The translations under genes and the position numbers were made by a program. From an uncultured Ignavibacteriota bacterium (GTDB taxonomy: Bacteria; Bacteroidota; Ignavibacteria; UBA10030; BY39), in assembly GCA_947085405.1 (NCBI GenBank), contig CAMTWO010000014.1:48130-112129 (forward strand): a stretch of 64,000 nucleotides of DNA, written 5' to 3'. How positions within the stretch are numbered: the stretch's first letter is position 1; every line of letters starts with the position of its first letter. This document shows, piece by piece, positions 57,116 to 64,000 of the stretch. The notes beneath the pieces were generated by a model that did not search any database, had not been told where the DNA came from, and worked only from the letters and a program-made list of their open reading frames with translations.

Positions 57116-58453
57116 TCAGTTTAACTTTTTCAATTCACTTACAAACAAATCCATCTCTCCCTTTGTCCTTTTTTCAGTAACTGCTATCAAAAGACCGGTA
57201 TCTTTTGAGTCGAATTGTTTTAAGTCGAGACCGGGCAAAATTCCTTTATCAGATAATAACTTAATAATTTCAGCAGCAGGTTTTGGTGTATCGACTACAA
57301 ATTCACGGAAAATAGGTCCATTAAACCTCAACCGAAAACCGGGAATCTCTACGATGGCAGAAGCTAAATACTGGGCTTTCTGCAAACAAAGATTTGCTAC
57401 TTCTTGAATTCCGCTTTTTCCTAAAAGCGCCAAATAAATTGTAGCAGTCAACATCATCAGTCCCTGATTTGTGCAGATGTTCGACGTTGCTTTCTCACGT
57501 CGTATATGCTGTTCACGTGTTTGAACAGTTAACACGAATCCACGTTGTCCGTCGGTGTCAACTGTGATTCCTGAAATTCTGCCGGGCATTTTACGCAGTA
57601 AAAATTCCTTTGCAGCAAAAATGCCTAAATAAGGTCCACCGAAATTTTGCGGACATCCAAAAACCTGACCTTCGCCTACTACAATGTCGGCACCGTATTC
57701 ACCTGGCGGAGTTAATATACCGAGTGAAATCGGATCGACAGACACGATGTATAAAGCACCTCCCGCATGCGTCAGGTTGCCGATCTCGTCAACATCTTCA
57801 AAGCAGCCATAAAAATTCGGGTGTTGAACAATTACCGCAGCAGTTTTTTCCGAAATATGGGTTTTTAATTTATCCGGAAGAACTGATCCACGACTCGATA
57901 CAACTTCGTTAATTACTATATCTTGCCCTTCGCAGTATGTTCGTATAATTTTCAGATAATGAGGATGAATTTTACCGGCTATTATTATTTCATTACGTCC
58001 CGTGTGGTTTACCGCAAGCAGCGCCGCCTCGCCTAATGCTGAACCTCCATCATACATCGAAGCGTTTGCAACATCCATCCCGGTAAGCCGGCATACCATA
58101 GTTTGATATTCATAAATCGCTTGCAGCGTTCCCTGACTTACTTCGGCCTGATAGGGAGTGTAAGCTGTATAAAATTCAGATCGACTTGTAATAGCGGCTA
58201 TCGCAGAGGGTATAAAATGATCGTATGAACCTCCACCTAAAAAAGATACTATTTTATCCGACGATTTATTCATCGACTCTAAATTTCGAAGTTCGTTTAT
58301 AACTTCAAATTCAGATAATTTTTGAGGAATATTTATTTTCCCCTTCATTCGAATTTCAGTTGGAACTGCTTTCAATAATTCTTCAAAACTTGCAACTCCA
58401 ATTGCTTTTAGCATCTCTTGCCGATCAGTGTCGGTGCTTGGTATGTATGACAT
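57116..58453 (-). CDS. gcvPA: Glycine dehydrogenase (decarboxylating) subunit 1
   Basis: YTAYTPYQAEVSQGTLQ, NASMYDG, GGPYLG, REQHIRREKATSNICTNQ. Confidence 0.96.
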   Translation of the reverse strand: MSYIPSTDTDRQEMLKAIGVASFEELLKAVPTEIRMKGKINIPQKLSEFEVINELRNLESMNKSSDKIVSFLGGGSYDHFIPSAIAAITSRSEFYTAYTPYQAEVSQGTLQAIYEYQTMVCRLTGMDVANASMYDGGSALGEAALLAVNHTGRNEIIIAGKIHPHYLKIIRTYCEGQDIVINEVVSSRGSVLPDKLKTHISEKTAAVIVQHPNFYGCFEDVDEIGNLTHAGGALYIVSVDPISLGILTPPGEYGADIVVGEGQVFGCPQNFGGPYLGIFAAKEFLLRKMPGRISGITVDTDGQRGFVLTVQTREQHIRREKATSNICTNQGLMMLTATIYLALLGKSGIQEVANLCLQKAQYLASAIVEIPGFRLRFNGPIFREFVVDTPKPAAEIIKLLSDKGILPGLDLKQFDSKDTGLLIAVTEKRTKGEMDLFVSELKKLN

Positions 58454-58455
58454 TT

Positions 58456-58620
58456 ATAATTTAGGATTTAGGATTTATGATTTTAGTTTTTAGGCCAATA
58501 ATTAAGTTTAAAAAATAGTTATTGGTTTTAGTTAATTAGTTGCTGGTTGTAGTTTATTGGTTTCGTCAACGAAAAACCATAATTCTACTACCTACTAATT
58601 ACTACTTACTACTTATTTTC
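58456..58620. repeat. Heptamer tandem repeats
   Basis: atttagg atttagg atttatg; tagttat/tagttgc/tagttta units; ctactac ctactaa ttactac ttactac. Confidence 0.55.
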
Positions 58621-58645
58621 TTCTTACTCTTCACGTACAAAAAAA

Positions 58646-59026
58646 TTAGTGCCCCACAAGTGCTCTATAGCTTTCGCTATCGAGCAAAGTTGCAACTTCG
58701 GTTGAATTTGATAATTTGATTTTTACCATCCAACCACCTTTATAAGGTTCTGAATTAACTAATTCGGGCTGCGATTCTAATTCACTATTAACTTCTACGA
58801 CTACACCTGTTAACGGTGAGAACAAATCGGATACTGCTTTAACAGCTTCGATAGTTCCGAAGATATCACCGACTTTTACTTCTTTACCGACTGTTGGTAA
58901 CTCGACGAATACTACATCGCCTAATTCGCCTTGTGCATAATCAGTAACGCCGATTGTTCCGGTGTCGCCTTCGAGTGAAAGCCATTCGTGATCTTTAGTG
59001 TACTTTAAATTTTCTGGAAATATCAT
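58646..59026 (-). CDS. gcvH: Glycine cleavage system H protein
   Basis: YTKDHEW, GVTDYAQ.ELGD, IEAVKAVSD (lipoyl Lys), PY..GW. Confidence 0.97.
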   Translation of the reverse strand: MIFPENLKYTKDHEWLSLEGDTGTIGVTDYAQGELGDVVFVELPTVGKEVKVGDIFGTIEAVKAVSDLFSPLTGVVVEVNSELESQPELVNSEPYKGGWMVKIKLSNSTEVATLLDSESYRALVGH

Positions 59027-59046
59027 TTGAGTATTGTCCTTAAATT

Positions 59047-60390
59047 TTATTTTGTATTGAATTCAGTATTTTCGATAAAAGAGGTATCAAACTTCCCTTC
59101 TCTAAAAAGAGGATGCTGCATTACTTTTTTGTGGAAAGGAATTGTTGTGTGTATTCCTTCAATAGTAAATTCTTCTAATGCGGCTGCCATTTTATTGATG
59201 GCGCTTTCGCGCGATGAACCATACACTACAAGTTTGGCAATCAACGAATCATAATTAGGCGGTACTCTGTATCCTGCATAACAATGAGTATCTACACGGA
59301 CGCCAAATCCACCGGGCAGATGAAAACTTTTTATTTCTCCGGGCGAAGGTCTGAAGTTATGTTCCGGGTCTTCGGCATTTATACGGCACTCGATTGCATG
59401 CCCGCTTGGTTTAATTAGTTTCTTATCTAATTTTGCCCCCGCAGCAACTCGTATTTGCATCTTGATTAAATCTCTGCCTGTTATTTCTTCAGTAACAGGA
59501 TGCTCGACCTGTATGCGTGTATTCATTTCCATAAAATAATAATTATGGTATTTATCGACGAGAAATTCGACTGTACCGGCGCCTTCATAATTTACGCTCA
59601 GCGCCCCTTTGATAGCAGCAGCACCCATTTTTTGCCGCAACTCGTCGTTAATAAATGGGGATGGCGATTCTTCAACTAATTTTTGATGACGACGTTGAAT
59701 TGAACAATCCCGTTCGTTAAGATGGATTGCATTTCCATATTGGTCGCCGAAAACTTGTATCTCGATATGATGCGGCTGCTCGATATATTTTTCGATGTAA
59801 ACACCGGCATCTCCAAAAGCAGCTTCAGCTTCGGTCGATGCCATAACAAAGTTTTTTTCAAAATCGTTTTCTTCGCGGACGATTCGCATCCCTTTACCGC
59901 CGCCGCCGGCAACTGCTTTTATAATCACAGGGAAACCTATTCCTCGTGCAATATCTATCGCATCGGTAACATCTTTTACAATACCATCGCTGCCGGGGAT
60001 TACAGGCACGCCGGCATTTTTCATCGTTTCTTTAGCTAATGCTTTGTTCCCCATCGATGATATAGCTTCAGCGCTCGGTCCGATGAATTTCATTCCCGAT
60101 GATGTGCAAATTTCGGCAAAGGAGGCATTTTCGGCAAGGAAACCGTAACCGGGATGAATCGCCTCGGCGCCTGTTATTTCGGCGGCAGCTATTATCCGGG
60201 GAATGTTCAGATAACTTTGCTTACTGAGCGGTGGGCCGATACACACAGCTTCGTCGGCAAATTTTACATGCAGGGAATCTCTATCTGCTTCAGAATAAAC
60301 TGCTACCGATCTTATTCCTAACTCGCGGCAAACTCTTATTACCCGGAGAGCAATCTCTCCTCGATTAGCTATTAAAATTTTCTTAAACAA
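59047..60390 (-). CDS. accC: Acetyl-CoA carboxylase biotin carboxylase
   Basis: [46 protein letters not shown]. Confidence 0.97.
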   Translation of the reverse strand: MFKKILIANRGEIALRVIRVCRELGIRSVAVYSEADRDSLHVKFADEAVCIGPPLSKQSYLNIPRIIAAAEITGAEAIHPGYGFLAENASFAEICTSSGMKFIGPSAEAISSMGNKALAKETMKNAGVPVIPGSDGIVKDVTDAIDIARGIGFPVIIKAVAGGGGKGMRIVREENDFEKNFVMASTEAEAAFGDAGVYIEKYIEQPHHIEIQVFGDQYGNAIHLNERDCSIQRRHQKLVEESPSPFINDELRQKMGAAAIKGALSVNYEGAGTVEFLVDKYHNYYFMEMNTRIQVEHPVTEEITGRDLIKMQIRVAAGAKLDKKLIKPSGHAIECRINAEDPEHNFRPSPGEIKSFHLPGGFGVRVDTHCYAGYRVPPNYDSLIAKLVVYGSSRESAINKMAAALEEFTIEGIHTTIPFHKKVMQHPLFREGKFDTSFIENTEFNTK

Positions 60391-60407
60391 TTATGCCCTC
60401 TCGTTCG

Positions 60408-60887
60408 TTAAGATGGGTCAATGAGAAAAAGGACTTGGTTATACTCGACCGGTTGTGCATTCTCAGCAATAATTTTTACAATCTTGCCGGAGAATTCAGA
60501 TTCGATTTCGTTCATCAATTTCATCGCTTCGATTATGCACAGCACATCGCCTTTGTTAATCGTTTTGCCTACTTCGACATACGAATCTGCATCGGGTGAA
60601 GGTGCGCGGTAGAAAGTTCCGACTATCGGCGACTTGATCTCGAGGTATTTTTTTTCAATAACTGCCGGTGCGGGTGGTAGAGGCGGCGCAGTGCTGACGG
60701 AAGTTTGCCTCTCCTGAACAGCGGGGGCAATTGATTGCACATACTGCTGCGGAGCTGGCGCCATCATACCGCTGTTTTGCGAATGGCGGGCAACCCGGAT
60801 TTTTAATCCTTCTTCTTCGATTTCAATTTCGTCAACGTTTGACTCAGCTAATATTTTTGTTATTTTTTTAAGATAATTTAAATCCAT
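60408..60887 (-). CDS. accB: Biotin carboxyl carrier protein
   Basis: [13 protein letters not shown] and the EAMKLMNEI biotinylation motif. Confidence 0.97.
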   Translation of the reverse strand: MDLNYLKKITKILAESNVDEIEIEEEGLKIRVARHSQNSGMMAPAPQQYVQSIAPAVQERQTSVSTAPPLPPAPAVIEKKYLEIKSPIVGTFYRAPSPDADSYVEVGKTINKGDVLCIIEAMKLMNEIESEFSGKIVKIIAENAQPVEYNQVLFLIDPS

Positions 60888-60915
60888 CGTTTCTCCATTG
60901 ATGGTTAATATATTT

Positions 60916-61482
60916 CTATTTTGATTTTACACGTTCTAAATAATTGCCTGTCCGTGTATCGACTTTTATTAAATCGTTTTCGTTAATGAATAAGGGAACG
61001 TTCACCATAGCGCCCGATTCAACTTTTGCGGGTTTAGTGCCCCCGGTTGCTGTGTCGCCTTTGAGACCCGGTCCCGTTTCGACAATTTTTAATTCTACAG
61101 TAATCGGAAGTTCAACTGCAATAATATCGTTACCGTTGAATAATATTTCTATATTTTCGCTGTCTTTTAAAAATTTTCCAGCTTCACCTACATTTTCATC
61201 GGGAACTGATATTTGATCGTAGGTTTCTTGGTCCATACACATATAACCTGAGCCATCGTGATACAGATACTGGAATTGTTTTCTTTCGATGCGAATAATG
61301 TCTATGGCTTCGCCAGCCCGCCATCTATTTTCAATTACCTTACCGCTTTTTAAGTTTTTTAATTTAGTCCGTACAAAAGCCCGCCAATTACCCGGATTTA
61401 CATGCTGAAATTCTATTACAGTCCACAGCTCATTATCCATACGTATCGTTAGTCCGGTTCTAAAATCTGATGTTGTTGGCAT
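60916..61482 (-). CDS. efp: Elongation factor P
   Basis: [36 protein letters not shown]. Confidence 0.95.
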   Translation of the reverse strand: MPTTSDFRTGLTIRMDNELWTVIEFQHVNPGNWRAFVRTKLKNLKSGKVIENRWRAGEAIDIIRIERKQFQYLYHDGSGYMCMDQETYDQISVPDENVGEAGKFLKDSENIEILFNGNDIIAVELPITVELKIVETGPGLKGDTATGGTKPAKVESGAMVNVPLFINENDLIKVDTRTGNYLERVKSK

Positions 61483-61546
61483 ATATTAATGTTAATACCT
61501 TCTTTTTACATTGTTTTGAGGAATATTGATTACTAAAATCGTGAAA

Positions 61547-61575
61547 AATATAAGCAGATTGCTTAAGAAAGTCAA
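61547..61575 (-). promoter_or_regulatory. Putative promoter of the efp-accBC-gcvH operon
   Basis: Minus strand reads TTGACT-17 bp-TATATT. Confidence 0.55.
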
Positions 61576-61857
61576 GGATTTAGAGGATGGCTGTTTTTTT
61601 AAGTTTTGGGTTTGGATATAGTTTACAGCTTCAATGTGTAAACAGACACCAACCATTTTCAACAATTTTAGCAAATTGGTCAGGTTAAGTTTTGTAAATT
61701 AAATTTGGCGATTTCTACTTTACCTACCTACGTTAGATTTGAGGGCTTACGAGCTATGGCACAGATGGTCAAACCTCCTGTATATTGGAACGTAGCCTCC
61801 TTTTTAAATACTCGCAACAGAGGATGAAAGTAAACTTCAATTTTTACACTCATATTA

Positions 61858-64000
61858 CTATTTTTTATCTAATAATTTTCTAATTACGGTAAGTATTTCG
61901 CTAGCTCTGTAAGGTTTTTGTACAAAATACTCAACACCCGCTTCTAACATTCCTGATTTCTGAGCAGGGTCGAAGAATCCACTTGCCAAAATAATTTGTA
62001 CATTTGGATTAACCTTTTTCATCTGAAGAAAAGCCTCGAAACCCCCGAGTTTAGGGAGGCCCAAATCGGAGAGAACGACTGCTATTTCATTTTGATGTTT
62101 GCGATACATTTCGATAGCTTCTTCGCCGTCGAGAGCCGATAAAACCCGATAGCCCTTCAGTGTAAGTTGAGCTTTCACTACTTCCTGAAGCATTTCTTCA
62201 TCTTCAACAAAAAGTATTGTTTCGGTCCCTCCTGATATTGGTGTTTGAATTTCTTCTTCCACTTTTTCCTGTAATTCTTCTTGAACTTGAAGTGGGAAGT
62301 ATAGATTAAAAGTTGTACCAACACCTAATTCGCTTTGAACATCGATAAAACCGCGATGGCTTTTCACCACACCATAAACGACAGCAAGTCCTAAACCTGT
62401 ACCTTTACCTTGTTCTTTTGTTGTAAAGAATGGTTCAAAAATCCGTGTAATTGTTTCATCGTCCATACCGTCGCCATTATCCGTTACACTCACACAAGCA
62501 TATTCATCATCAATTGCATCCGGTATTTTTTTTCTTAATTCATCACCCGAAACTTTTTTGGTTGCAAAAGTAATTTTTCCATAATGTCCGTTTGCTGTTT
62601 TGGAAAAAATTGCATCGCGGGCGTTTACAGAAAGGTTAAGAATTGCCTGATGTATCTGGTTGTGGTCGGCAATGATGTTTGCCAATGTTCCATCAAGATT
62701 AACTGAAAATGTAATAGTCTTGGGGAATGTTTCGTTCAGCATTTTTACAAGCTCTTGTATTGAGTCGTTTATATTAACCGGTTCAATTACTATGTTTGTT
62801 TTTCTGGCAAATGTAAGAATTTGTTTAACCAATCCAGCGCCTCTGTGTACGGCTTTTGTAATAGCATCCATACTTAGTTTAATTTTCGCAGGGTTCGCAA
62901 CGCCATCCTCGAGCAACGATGTGTATCCCAGAATAATACCTAATATGTTATTGAAATCGTGGGCAATACCGCCGGCAAGTGTTCCAATGCTTTCTAACTT
63001 TTGCGTTTGGCGTATTTGATCTTCAAGTTTCTTTATATCGGAGACATCAGCAAAAATAGCATAAATACCGACACACTTTCCTTCAATCATGATAGGATAA
63101 CCTGTGATGATCATATCTAAGCGTGTACCATCTTTACTTTTTCTGACCGACGATAGCCGGACCAATCCAACCTGTATCGCTTTGGTTGAAAATGAAAGTG
63201 ATTCTTTTACTAATTCTTCAGGAACAATCAGATTGGTTAAAGATTTACCTTTTATTTCTTCGAGTGAATATTGGAAAATCTTTTCGAATGCGTTATTCAC
63301 ATTCATCACACGGTCGTTAGTATCTAAGAATGCAATACCGGTAGGAGAGTTTTCAAACAACTGTGTAAAATATAAGGTTTGTAACTTCAGAGCCTCTTCA
63401 GCTTTCTTTCGCTCGGTGATGTCGTCGGCTGACGCGATGATTACATCCTGCCCAAAGTATGTGCCGCGGACCAGACGTACTTCTTTGGGGAAAATTTCGC
63501 CATTCGCGCGCTTGCCCCAGAACTCAAATCGCTGGGGCTCGCCGGCAAAAGCGAGCTCAACCATTTTACCCACTTTATTCAGGTCGTTTCTACCTGGCGC
63601 TGACACAAACAAAGGCGTCTTACCGATCAGCGTTTCACGCGAATACCCATACATACGTTCGGCGGTGGAGTTGACATCTAGAAAACGACCTTCGTGATCT
63701 TGTACGTATATCGCCTCGCCGACGCCATTGAACAACCCGCGATAGCTTGCTTCATTGGCGGCTAAAGCCACCTCGGCTTTTTTACGTTCGGTGATGTCTT
63801 TTTGTATAGCTAAAAATCCGATAATGTTTTGCTTCTCATCCGTTACCGGGTTCACCGCAACTTCCACATTTATTAATTTACCATCCTTGGTTTTATTAAT
63901 CAGTTCCATTTCTACAACTTGTTTATTCAGAAGAGTTTGCCAGAAGGCTTCATACTCTTGCTGTTTCATTATACCGCTTTTAAGAATTCTGGGAGTTGCT
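61858..64000 (-). CDS. Multi-PAS hybrid sensor histidine kinase/response regulator; 5' end lies outside the window
   Basis: The frame is open to the window edge (ATPRILKSG, typical of PAS); PAS/PAC repeats, AHDFNN H-box, [25 protein letters not shown]-terminal receiver. Confidence 0.93.
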   Translation of the reverse strand, partial: ATPRILKSGIMKQQEYEAFWQTLLNKQVVEMELINKTKDGKLINVEVAVNPVTDEKQNIIGFLAIQKDITERKKAEVALAANEASYRGLFNGVGEAIYVQDHEGRFLDVNSTAERMYGYSRETLIGKTPLFVSAPGRNDLNKVGKMVELAFAGEPQRFEFWGKRANGEIFPKEVRLVRGTYFGQDVIIASADDITERKKAEEALKLQTLYFTQLFENSPTGIAFLDTNDRVMNVNNAFEKIFQYSLEEIKGKSLTNLIVPEELVKESLSFSTKAIQVGLVRLSSVRKSKDGTRLDMIITGYPIMIEGKCVGIYAIFADVSDIKKLEDQIRQTQKLESIGTLAGGIAHDFNNILGIILGYTSLLEDGVANPAKIKLSMDAITKAVHRGAGLVKQILTFARKTNIVIEPVNINDSIQELVKMLNETFPKTITFSVNLDGTLANIIADHNQIHQAILNLSVNARDAIFSKTANGHYGKITFATKKVSGDELRKKIPDAIDDEYACVSVTDNGDGMDDETITRIFEPFFTTKEQGKGTGLGLAVVYGVVKSHRGFIDVQSELGVGTTFNLYFPLQVQEELQEKVEEEIQTPISGGTETILFVEDEEMLQEVVKAQLTLKGYRVLSALDGEEAIEMYRKHQNEIAVVLSDLGLPKLGGFEAFLQMKKVNPNVQIILASGFFDPAQKSGMLEAGVEYFVQKPYRASEILTVIRKLLDKK

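Noticed and set aside
61492-61674. 60-aa ORF as an efp leader peptide
   Set aside because: It spans the predicted efp promoter and has no polyproline motif or other supporting signal.

Overview
AT-rich bacterial chromosome segment. T9SS C-terminal sorting domains, AGGAG-type ribosome-binding sites and the gene content point to an Ignavibacteria/Chlorobi-like member of the FCB group (inference). Housekeeping genes: 2-oxoacid dehydrogenase E1, lipB, lpdA, ychF, ispG, rhomboid, pgk, gap, obgE, uvrC, mce, comM, gcvPA, gcvH, accC, accB, efp and a hybrid PAS kinase. Three accessory blocks sit among them. (1) A ~14 kb co-oriented island of exported and outer-membrane proteins (7.1-21.0 kb) with signs of module shuffling, including a reused leader/signal-peptide unit and T9SS remnants. 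(2) A ~9 kb iron/redox operon: Fur-family regulator, FeoA, FeoB, a Cys-rich protein, DoxX, DUF438/PAS, DUF1858, a porin, an FMN-binding protein, a 4-TM His protein, ApbE and DUF59. It is preceded by a perfect TTTAGAA-N3-TTCTAAA palindrome and followed by two tandem copies of a candidate structured ncRNA. This is the best candidate for an undescribed system: flavinylation-based reductive iron uptake feeding Feo. (3) Tandem DUF362 surface proteins with different C-termini. Intergenic regions carry many 7-9 bp periodic repeats and nested palindromes, two of which appear in frame inside genes. No tRNA, rRNA, CRISPR array or transposase was recognised. All product calls come from motif recognition by eye, without database searches.
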